Below are positions 8,169 to 16,900 of a stretch of 20,000 nucleotides of DNA, piece by piece. The notes below the pieces were generated by a model. The model had not been told where the DNA came from. It searched no databases and was given only the letters and a program-made list of their open reading frames with translations. The stretch's first letter is position 1, and each line of letters opens with the position of its first letter. Both the position numbers and the translations under genes were made by a program. The stretch lies in the IMG/VR virus record IMGVR_UViG_3300025327_000500; one strand, given 5' to 3'. The DNA comes from an uncultured virus (IMG/VR IMGVR_UViG_3300025327_000500) (Duplodnaviria > Heunggongvirae > Uroviricota > Caudoviricetes).

Positions 8169-8464
8169 TCATTCTTTTCCCAATCACGAAGAGTATACAT
8201 CCAGGCCAAACAAAATATAATAACCTCAACTAAAGCATAAATCATAAAAGAATTTTCTGCTTTTACTCCTTTACGAACGGTATTAATTCTACAACCCAAA
8301 ATCCATAATTTATGTCTATCAGAAAACTTTGGAACACATAATTTTTTGTATGTCCAATCTTTAAGCGAATAATTAATATTAGTAAGTTCAGGCAAATCTT
8401 CACATAATTCTTCTATTCTACCTATAAATAATTTTTCCTCTTCCCATAACCCATTAATAGTCAC
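8156..8464 (-). CDS. Hypothetical protein, 102 aa (possible degenerate MazG-like helical fold)
   Basis: GTGA overlap with the upstream stop and GGAGT/AGAG upstream. C-terminal helices ILGCRINTVRKGV...YALVEVIIFCLAWMYTL. Confidence 0.6.
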   Translation of the reverse strand: MTINGLWEEEKLFIGRIEELCEDLPELTNINYSLKDWTYKKLCVPKFSDRHKLWILGCRINTVRKGVKAENSFMIYALVEVIIFCLAWMYTLRDWEKNEWKK

Positions 8465-9195
8465 TCTAATTCTCTTTCGGCAGGCTCTAATAATCTTGCC
8501 TGCGCCTCTGTTTTATATATGTATCCTGGACGTGTAAAATCATTTGGAAGTGCTGACTTATGATATTGATGTAAGCAGTATACATCTTCCGGAGTTCTAC
8601 ACCAATACTTAGGATCAAGGCATTTTTCTCTCAAATGAACATCCTGATCTAGCCATAAATGACCTTCTGGATCATCTCTAAACCATCCAAACCAATCCCA
8701 ATTCTTCCTATAATTTCCAGTGATGTGACTCAGCAAACCAGCAGTTGTTTGTTCGGTATAAGGTTTGGGTATCTTAGTTGGATTATCCTCCCACCCAGGA
8801 AGCATCAAGAAACTGGTTTCTCTTTCATCCATAAAATAAGTAAAGATGCTGGCTCGACTGGTTTCTGAACAATCTAACATCTTTTGAACAATATCTTTAT
8901 GTGAAACGATTTCATCCATCATAGAAAAGATAACGTATTCACCCATAGATGCTTTGCCATATTTATTCCAAATTCTGTTTATGTTTTGGTGTGCATCTTC
9001 TTTATAAAAAGTAATTGGAAGTCTATCATCAAATCCTCTTGCAATAAATTCCAATTCAAAATTCTTGGTTGCATTATCCACAATGATAAATTCTAATTCT
9101 GGATAATTTATCCTAGACCACGCTTTCAAAGAGTTCTTCAAATGCTCTGGTCTATTGGCTATAGACATAATAATACTAACGAATGGAAAATTCAT
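8461..9195 (-). CDS. Glycosyltransferase family 2 (divergent)
   Basis: VSIIMSIANRPEHL, FIIVDNAT, GEYVIFSMMDEI, WLDQD, CLHQYH. Start moved to ATG 9195 because of the ATGA overlap with the upstream stop. Confidence 0.82.
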   Translation of the reverse strand: MNFPFVSIIMSIANRPEHLKNSLKAWSRINYPELEFIIVDNATKNFELEFIARGFDDRLPITFYKEDAHQNINRIWNKYGKASMGEYVIFSMMDEIVSHKDIVQKMLDCSETSRASIFTYFMDERETSFLMLPGWEDNPTKIPKPYTEQTTAGLLSHITGNYRKNWDWFGWFRDDPEGHLWLDQDVHLREKCLDPKYWCRTPEDVYCLHQYHKSALPNDFTRPGYIYKTEAQARLLEPAERELE

Positions 9196-9428
9196 AAAAA
9201 ACAATATCCATTATCACATGTTTTTGTCTCATCTTTATTTTTCTTTCTGCCAAATTCTTTACAGCCACAAGAAACACATTGGGATACCCTTAACATCACA
9301 TTATTACCCCCTCGTGGGTGCATAGTAAAAGCGTGCATCAATAAAGTATGCCCACAATTACACATGCGTTTCATTTCTGTATTCCAATCCTCGTTGGTTT
9401 CTGCATCAAAAAATGTATCCACACTCAT
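9192..9428 (-). CDS. Small Cys/His-rich putative zinc-binding protein, 78 aa
   Basis: CNCGH-x4-H...CVSCGCKEF pattern. AAAGGAGA SD; coupled to the next gene. Confidence 0.7.
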   Translation of the reverse strand: MSVDTFFDAETNEDWNTEMKRMCNCGHTLLMHAFTMHPRGGNNVMLRVSQCVSCGCKEFGRKKNKDETKTCDNGYCFL

Positions 9429-9445
9429 CTTTATTTTTCTCCTTT

Positions 9446-10720
9446 CTAATGATTATATCCTGATAATCCTTCTTCTAATAATTCTTGCTCTAAAGAATGC
9501 CAAAATTTATCAATATCCTCAACAGATAAATGAGAAGTAGAAACGAAACTCTTTGAATTTACGTCATAACGACCTCTAAAAAACCATTCCTCCTCAATCT
9601 GTGTTTCGTATTTTAGATCATATTCTTCTGGGTGGTCTGTAAGAGGCGTCCCAGGGAAAGGGATAAGACGGTCTGTCTGTACTATGTGAGGTCTATTCTT
9701 TAGTATCCAATCTCTAGTTTTATTCATGCTTTCAAGGCTCTCACCAGGTAAGCCCAAAATAAAACTAGTTTTGCATGTTATACCAAGCTCTTTACACCAG
9801 GCTACTACTGCCGTGTCCTGCTCAATCGTTGTTCCTTTATGAATATTTTCTTTGATTTGATTATCTGCACTTTCCACCCCGATAAATATTTCTATAAGTC
9901 CAGCATCTTTCATTTGCTTTAGATAATCTTTGCCTCCATGTTTACAAAGAATATCGCTTCTCATAAAACAACGATATGCCATATCATATTTGATATGTAA
10001 ATCCAGTAACTTCAATGTTCTAGGCTTGTTAACGATAAAAATGTCATCATAATATCCCAATCCGGTAAATCCCAAATCTTTTATCTCTTGAATTTGCTGT
10101 TCCACACACCACATAGGTTCATATCTAGTAGTAGCATCCCAAATAATCCCGTGTCTACCGCTTTCGCAGAAACGGCAATCCATAGGACAACCACGACTGG
10201 TAAATAAACTAGCCATCCGATATTGGTTACCATCCTGATCTGTCATATAAGAATGGTAATCTAATGCCCACCTTCTGATAGGAGGCAGTACCCAATCTAA
10301 ATCTTTTGAAATCTTGGGCAAGAATAACTTATTTGTAGGATTTTGTGCTTCTTCTATTATCCTTCTTACTGTATCAGGATGATCGCCCTCACCAGATACT
10401 ATTAAATCGAATGGCAATTCCAAAGCTGTTTTTGGGTTTGCCCAAGGTGCAGCACCACCAAATACTGTCTTAGTTTTAGTCCAGTTCTTTGTTATCTCTG
10501 CTATCTTTCTTACCTCGAACATTTGAGGAGATGTAGAACTCAACCAAAATTGATCGTATTCTCCATCAGTAAAAGTTTTAGTTGTAAATGATAAATCAAA
10601 GAACTCTGTCTTATGTCCTTGTGCCTCTAATTGTGCAACGAGATACCAGAGACCCAAGGGAGGCCAGGTGTCCGATTTTGATAAGAAAGTAGATGGAGGG
10701 AACACTAAAGCAATATTCAT
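9446..10720 (-). CDS. Cobalamin (B12)-binding radical SAM protein (class B radical SAM methyltransferase-like)
   Basis: N-terminal B12-binding domain (IALVFPP..WPPLGLWYL..TVFGGA..VSGEGD), TSRGCPMDCRFC, YYDDIF, FIGVESA, FILGLPGES, LIPFPGTPL. Confidence 0.93.
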   Translation of the reverse strand: MNIALVFPPSTFLSKSDTWPPLGLWYLVAQLEAQGHKTEFFDLSFTTKTFTDGEYDQFWLSSTSPQMFEVRKIAEITKNWTKTKTVFGGAAPWANPKTALELPFDLIVSGEGDHPDTVRRIIEEAQNPTNKLFLPKISKDLDWVLPPIRRWALDYHSYMTDQDGNQYRMASLFTSRGCPMDCRFCESGRHGIIWDATTRYEPMWCVEQQIQEIKDLGFTGLGYYDDIFIVNKPRTLKLLDLHIKYDMAYRCFMRSDILCKHGGKDYLKQMKDAGLIEIFIGVESADNQIKENIHKGTTIEQDTAVVAWCKELGITCKTSFILGLPGESLESMNKTRDWILKNRPHIVQTDRLIPFPGTPLTDHPEEYDLKYETQIEEEWFFRGRYDVNSKSFVSTSHLSVEDIDKFWHSLEQELLEEGLSGYNH

Positions 10721-11703
10721 TTCCAGTATGGTAGTCCCTCTACATGACTATTCTCAGTAATCAACTGATAAGATACTTCTTTCAACTCTTGCAGATTTCT
10801 TACTCCAAGATAGTAACAAGCTGTTTCAATTGCATCCTTTATATTCGATAAAACTCCTATTACTGATCCTCTTCCCGATGCAATATTTACACTAATACCT
10901 TCCACAAAAAATTCTTTCTTTCTCTCAGACAACGCTTCAGCACTTGCCATACCCCGATATATAAATGTTGGGAGGCCATGCGCATATTCTTTTTTACCTA
11001 ATGATTCATCTGTTCCGGCAAGCATACCACCAAGCATTACAAAGTCTGCTCCGAGTGCTAAGGCTTTTACAATATCTCCTGTGCTTCGATGACCACCATC
11101 TGAAATAATTCTAAATTCAGGGTCTAAAGCTGATCTGGCCGACACTGCTAAATATATTTCATTGACAGCACTTGCTTGAGGATAGCCAACACCCGTAACT
11201 ACTCTAGTATTGCAAACGCTTCCAGCACCAATCCCAACTCTAAAATATCTTACTCCAATTCTTGCATAATCGTACATGGATGCTGGAGTAACTATATTTC
11301 CAGAGACTACATTCTTTCCCGCATTTACTAATTCTTTAGCAAATTCTAAGTTTCGTTTTGTATATCCGTGAGCAACATCTATAAAGAATACGGTCTTTGG
11401 ATAACCTAATTTCAATACGTTATCAATTCCCATAGATGGAGATACAGCAATGTGTCCAATCGAGGAAGCCTCATTCAGAACATCTAATTCACAATACCGA
11501 TGATGGACACCCCAACACTGCACCTTTGCAAATGCTTTCAGCATGTCATAACCAGAAATTGTATCCATTGGAGAAGATAAGATTGGTAGGGCTGAATAAT
11601 CATCAAACAGCTTTGTAGATATATCAATCTCACCATGCTCCACATCTGAATAATCTGGAACTAATACAATGTCATTGAAAGTGAATGCTTTATTGCTATT
11701 CAA
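10717..11703 (-). CDS. IMP dehydrogenase / GMP reductase family protein (no CBS subdomain)
   Basis: FTFNDIVLVP, PILSSPMDTI, IDVAHG, GNIVT, RVGIGAGSVCNTRVVTGVGYPQ (catalytic Cys), IISDGG, DFVMLGGMLAGTDES, YRGMAS. Confidence 0.93.
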   Translation of the reverse strand: MNSNKAFTFNDIVLVPDYSDVEHGEIDISTKLFDDYSALPILSSPMDTISGYDMLKAFAKVQCWGVHHRYCELDVLNEASSIGHIAVSPSMGIDNVLKLGYPKTVFFIDVAHGYTKRNLEFAKELVNAGKNVVSGNIVTPASMYDYARIGVRYFRVGIGAGSVCNTRVVTGVGYPQASAVNEIYLAVSARSALDPEFRIISDGGHRSTGDIVKALALGADFVMLGGMLAGTDESLGKKEYAHGLPTFIYRGMASAEALSERKKEFFVEGISVNIASGRGSVIGVLSNIKDAIETACYYLGVRNLQELKEVSYQLITENSHVEGLPYWK

Positions 11704-12319
11704 ATGCTTGATCCTTTCCTAACGTATCTGCATCTAAAATTTCAACATATCCTTCACTACCTAACCTCGGTCTTTTTATACATAGGTATCTCATCTCAGT
11801 AGGCTCTGAATAATCTTTGTTAAATATTTCCCATCCAGACCTTCTCAGTAACCATTTTATCTGTCGAGGGTTCATCACTGAATAATGGTTCTTTCCAACG
11901 TATGTATAAGACTCTGGCTCTGGAAGGATTAGCATTAGATATTTCTTCGCTATTCTATGCCATTCCATTAGAGTAAGTAGTGGAAATGGACTATGCTCTA
12001 AACTATGCCGTGAAAATATTAGATCGTAAGTTTCGTCTGGAAAATCAGTAAAATTATAATCCAAATTAAAAATTAGAGGAAAGATGCTAGGTGTACCAAC
12101 AGCAATGCCTAAATATTCTACTCTATAGTTCTTGAAATATTGAGAACAAAATCCAGTACCACAACCAACATCCAGCACATTCTTTATGTCTCGTAATCTA
12201 GGCATCCACTTAGAAATGATTTCCTCAGCCATTCTGCTATGGCCTTCATCATTCGGCTGCTCATATATGTCTTTCAATAATTCAGCATAATGCTCATCGA
12301 ATTTGCTATAATCTCTCAT
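11696..12319 (-). CDS. Class I SAM-dependent methyltransferase (Methyltransf_11/23-like)
   Basis: VLDVGCGTG, FPDETYDLIFSRHSLEHSPFP. Start moved to ATG 12319 (MRDYSKF), 1 nt after the upstream stop. Confidence 0.88.
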   Translation of the reverse strand: MRDYSKFDEHYAELLKDIYEQPNDEGHSRMAEEIISKWMPRLRDIKNVLDVGCGTGFCSQYFKNYRVEYLGIAVGTPSIFPLIFNLDYNFTDFPDETYDLIFSRHSLEHSPFPLLTLMEWHRIAKKYLMLILPEPESYTYVGKNHYSVMNPRQIKWLLRRSGWEIFNKDYSEPTEMRYLCIKRPRLGSEGYVEILDADTLGKDQAFE

Positions 12320-12320
12320 T

Positions 12321-12698
12321 CTACGTTGACCCATCTTGGTGAGACCCAAATGTAGCATGGTGCATACATACAAACATCTCGCCAGGAATTAGACCGTCAC
12401 CAGATGAAGGCGACGCACCATGTTTATAAGCATTATATCCTGTAACTACTGCTGGCGATCCACAGCTACAATAAGCAAACCACCAACCTTTTGTATCTTT
12501 ATTCATCGAATTTAGAGCAATAAAATGGTTATCATAATCAATTCTCTTTACATATCTTCCCCATTGTTCCACGTAAAGTTTGTTCTCTGCTGGTTTGTAT
12601 AATCTCATTCCGTTGTTGAACTCTACATAATTCGGAGTTCCAACAACTCTAACCAAGGAAAATTCTTTTATATTGTGATGAAGGTCTAAATTACTCAT
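12321..12698 (-). CDS. Hypothetical protein, 125 aa, with CxC...CxHH...H putative metal ligands
   Basis: Start moved to ATG 12698 (ATGA overlap, GGAGA SD). YCSCGS and VCMHH..GSH. Confidence 0.7.
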   Translation of the reverse strand: MSNLDLHHNIKEFSLVRVVGTPNYVEFNNGMRLYKPAENKLYVEQWGRYVKRIDYDNHFIALNSMNKDTKGWWFAYCSCGSPAVVTGYNAYKHGASPSSGDGLIPGEMFVCMHHATFGSHQDGST

Positions 12699-13609
12699 TT
12701 TATTGTCTCCAATATTTGATTTATTCTGGCATCCCAAGTATGAGCTTCATGCACTTTCATATAACCATGTTCAGCTATTAAGTTTGCGTAAGGCTGATCC
12801 TCCAACAGTAATTTTACCTTAATTACTGCTTCATCCACATTAGAAAATCCTAAGTAATTTCTATCTTCAGAAAAGAATTTATCTAAATCTGGAACACGAT
12901 TAGTTACGGTTGGCAACCCCATAGCTAATGTTTCCCAAACCCTAGCCGGTAAATCTTGTAAAGATGACCAAGATACCGCTACTCTAGCTTTATTATAAGC
13001 AATCCTGTAATCATCATACACAATTCCGATGTCATACTTTACAGATATTCCTTCTTGTTGAAGTTTTGAAATTAGATTATTTCTCTGTTCATAATGCAAC
13101 CCAATCAAACATACGTCATATTCTTTCTCTATATCCATTGGATAATGGATTGTTGGATCATAAGCGTAAGGAAGATAAATTTCTCTATCCTCCATATAAG
13201 GCCCTTGCATACAAAACACATAATCATACTGTGCTTTGAAGGATTTATATTGCTGTTTCAGAACGTGAGGATCAGTTTGTATTTGCACAAATATTCCAGA
13301 TGTAGGATGTCCTACACATCTCCATCCAGCATCAATAGATAACCATACATCAGGTTTCCACGGTAATTGCTGCTCAATAAATCTAGTAGGAACATCTACT
13401 CCAATAGAACTGTGAGGCAAAGCAATGTGAGGCTTCTTTACATATTTATAGTCTATATTGAGGCCGCCATTCCACGGAATATAATTTCCGGTAAATGGCC
13501 CTATTACTTGTAAGTCTATATCATCTCTACGTTCTAATGCGTTCCAGAAATATCTAGCCATCGTAAGAGGATAATGAATTGCAGATAAAACTACTTTCAG
13601 TTTATTCAT
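12695..13609 (-). CDS. Glycosyltransferase, GT-B, CgeB/YkvP-like (Glyco_trans_1_2)
   Basis: TDPH, YLPYAYDPTIHYP, YDVCLIG, RVWETLAMG, HTWDARINQILE typical of CgeB/YkvP-like proteins. Confidence 0.85.
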   Translation of the reverse strand: MNKLKVVLSAIHYPLTMARYFWNALERRDDIDLQVIGPFTGNYIPWNGGLNIDYKYVKKPHIALPHSSIGVDVPTRFIEQQLPWKPDVWLSIDAGWRCVGHPTSGIFVQIQTDPHVLKQQYKSFKAQYDYVFCMQGPYMEDREIYLPYAYDPTIHYPMDIEKEYDVCLIGLHYEQRNNLISKLQQEGISVKYDIGIVYDDYRIAYNKARVAVSWSSLQDLPARVWETLAMGLPTVTNRVPDLDKFFSEDRNYLGFSNVDEAVIKVKLLLEDQPYANLIAEHGYMKVHEAHTWDARINQILETIK

Positions 13610-13982
13610 CTTTATATTCTTCCCAAAACTTTAGATCATTTAAATGTGTTTCATCTACAGTTAATTTTATTGAAAGTTTGTATGCTCTACCACAATCACA
13701 TACAGCAATTCCATCCTCAGAAAAGAAGATTTCACCTCCGCATCGACATTTATATCTGGCAGTAAAATCTTCATATTCTATACTTATCTTTTCCCAATCA
13801 ACGCCTGTAAACTTGCCTCTATACTTGTATGTATGAAGATCATACGAATTATATCCCGTTCCCTTACATACTGAACATGGAAGGTCAGGAAACTTTTTAT
13901 CCCACTCCGTTGCAAAATACCCAACTGCTCCTTTACCTTTTCCATCACAACAATAACATTTATATTTCTTTTGATATGCCAT
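13602..13982 (-). CDS. Zinc-finger protein with DnaJ-like CxxCxGxG repeats, 126 aa
   Basis: CYCCDGKG and CSVCKGTG, plus CRCGG and CDCGR. AAGGAG SD. Confidence 0.75.
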   Translation of the reverse strand: MAYQKKYKCYCCDGKGKGAVGYFATEWDKKFPDLPCSVCKGTGYNSYDLHTYKYRGKFTGVDWEKISIEYEDFTARYKCRCGGEIFFSEDGIAVCDCGRAYKLSIKLTVDETHLNDLKFWEEYKDE

Positions 13983-13996
13983 TTTATTTTACTCCT

Positions 13997-16900
13997 TTAT
14001 CTATAATATTCCTTTATTGTGTTCACAATCTTGTCTAATTGCCATTGCTCTAATCCAGGCCATACTCCAACCCAAAACATGCTGTTCATTACCAAATCAG
14101 CATTGTCTAATGATACAACAGTTTCATATTCCACACCATCCATCATTGGATGTCTGATAATATTTCCGGCAAATATCCTACGGGTACGAACTCCATTCTT
14201 TTCAAGATGCGCTATCAATCCTCTCGCATCCCCATCCAATACTCGAATAGGAAACCCAAACGGAGAAAATTCATACTCAGGAAGCACATAGGCAATCTCA
14301 TTTATATCAGATAAATTCCTATATAGATAATACCAATTTTGTCTGCGCTTTTCAACAAACGTTGAAAGTCTTTTTATCTGTGAAAGTCCTAATGCTCCTT
14401 GCATTTCTGTCATTTTCAAATTGTAACCAACTTTGGTGAATGTATATTTGTGATCGTAACCTTGAGGAAGAAAAGGAAAATTCTGCTCAAATCTCTTATT
14501 ACAAGTATTACTCTGTCCAGGTTCACACCAGCAATTGTGTACAGCAATTCCATTTGCATGATAACTGTGGTCATCATCCACCTCTAAATTATATACATCA
14601 ATATTCTGCACATCTGAAATTGTAATAGAAGTTATTGGATAATAAGCATATTCAGAGTCTATCCAGGCAAGTCTCCTATTAGAACGAGCGATATATTCTT
14701 CTCCAATCAATCTACCAAACAATTCTGCATTTTTACCATAAATATGTAGTGCATGTAGTTCATTTTTTGATGTAATATCTTTTCCATTCACGATGCTTGA
14801 AGTATAAGCATTGTATTTTCTTTTCCATTGAGAACCAATAACTCCACAACGCAAAAGAACTTCTCTGATTTGTTCTATAAGAAAAATACTAACAGAAAAC
14901 ATAGAGAATCCCTGATAAGATGAACTTCCATCTCCTCTCCAAAAACCTTTTACAAATTCAATTAATAGGTCAACACTCCAATCCAAGACAAATCCAGGCA
15001 AAGCCTTAGTTTCTGCCCTAGAACCAAACCAAGTAAAGAACTCATATCCTTTTCTAGTTTTAAATGTTAAAGATATGCCATCTGATTTGTGTAGAATTCG
15101 CTGAGAACCAGACACACCAAAATATTTTTTCATTAATGATTTGACATCAGCAATGTATTCTATTTCATTTGCATTGAAACTGAAATCTACCCAATATGCA
15201 GTATATTTATTCTCCTTATAACCGCTTTTACCTTTTAATGCTTTAGCCAACGAACCTTCTGCAATCCAATATCCTAACAATCTAGCCAAATCTTTATTAG
15301 GAGTTATATGTTCTTCTTTTGTTGTATACAATGTTTTATAAGTCAAATACATCGTCTTATTTTTCTCGTTTCTTTTTGGAATCGCCTCCAACAAAATATC
15401 TTTAGAAGTTAAATCTTTTGCACAAACCCACTCTTTTATACCATTTCGTTGTACATAAAAAGGGTGTTCAGATGTGACACTAATAGTTGGTCTAGTTTTT
15501 GATTTAATCTCATATAATTTTCCGTTGTATTGTCTTTTGAATGTCTTAGACACTCTTTTATATTCTCCTGCATGAGATTTTACCCAATATCCAAAATATA
15601 TCTGTTCTATAGGCACAACTCCACTATAAGTAGAAATCATAGTTCCGGCAATGAAACATGCTCTTCCCCAATTACTGTATTGTTGCAATAACCTATACAG
15701 TTTTGAATTGCTTGTGAGAACTGCGCCTCCCTCACCTGTATTATGAAGAACCATTCCAATTCCACCGACAAAATTCTCGTACCCAGAAACAGATAAATCA
15801 TATACATTATTAGATGTAGGGGTAACTTTTTCTATTTTTGTTATTTTAACCAGAGATAAGTCACCAATCTTTCTAGTCTTATTCATTTTTTCGCATCTAA
15901 ATCCATCAGAATCTACTATACTTTTAGAAGAATAACATATCGAATAAGCATCTTTACAATTAGACATATACTCCCCAAAATCTCGTTGCTTCCCCTTTTC
16001 CATAGAAAATCTGGAATTAATGCCCAATTGTAAAAGAAGATAATAAAGGTCAGTAGCTAACCACTTACTTATTGTTTTTGAATCTTTAGAAAATCCTATA
16101 TGTTTTCCATATGTAGAATGTTCACAACCATCACCATTGAAATATGCCTGAATGAACACTTCTTTCACAGAGGATGAAGCAGAGAACATAAAAGAAGGTA
16201 TACGCTTATTTCCTGCTCCATTCCCACACTCATAAAATAGGAACTCATATAAAGCTTTATTTGATGCCATTACCATACATTTACTATCTTTTATATAGAT
16301 TCTAGATTTAATATCAAACATCACCAGCAAGTCATTAGCAACAGCCTTAGCATATTCTTTTTCATCAGAACCAAATGTGAATTGAATATTATAATTTCCT
16401 TTAGATGTTTTATATAATGAACCTTCAGCAATGTAATACCCCAACAACTCTCCCAGTTCATCTGTAACATCTATATCCTCAAAAAATACCTCCCAAGAAC
16501 CTCGCTTATAATTTGTATAAAGAATCGAAGAACAATTTTCAGGGTTGGGCAATTTATTTGGGACAAAAATCATATCTCCTACAGATAAAGATGATACCTC
16601 TACGGGAACAATATCATCCCCCTTTCTAGTAAATACACTATGAGACGCAGACACAATAGAATTTCTGCCTGTTTGTACTGTAACTTTATAGAGAGACTCA
16701 TTTATTGGATGACTAACCACTCCCGTTATTTTTCTGAATTTTAACTCTCCATTCTTATCAAATGAAACACATTTCCAATCATCCACATCTCTAAATCGTG
16801 TTTCAACAAACTTTCCAATTTCTAGGATTTCAATTTCTGTGTGCTTATTCATCACCATAATAGGCTCAGAATAATCTAAACTCGTTATATGATGTGCAGG

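Noticed and set aside
6091..10720. RiPP cluster (rSAM/SPASM plus B12 rSAM acting on the 78-aa Cys-rich ORF as precursor)
   Set aside because: No RRE/PqqD domain, peptidase or transporter. The SPASM protein is short, the small ORF looks like a Zn-binding fold, and the context is dominated by sugar enzymes. Not formally excluded.
13602..13982. DnaJ chaperone
   Set aside because: Only two CxxCxGxG repeats; no J-domain HPD motif or C-terminal substrate-binding domain.
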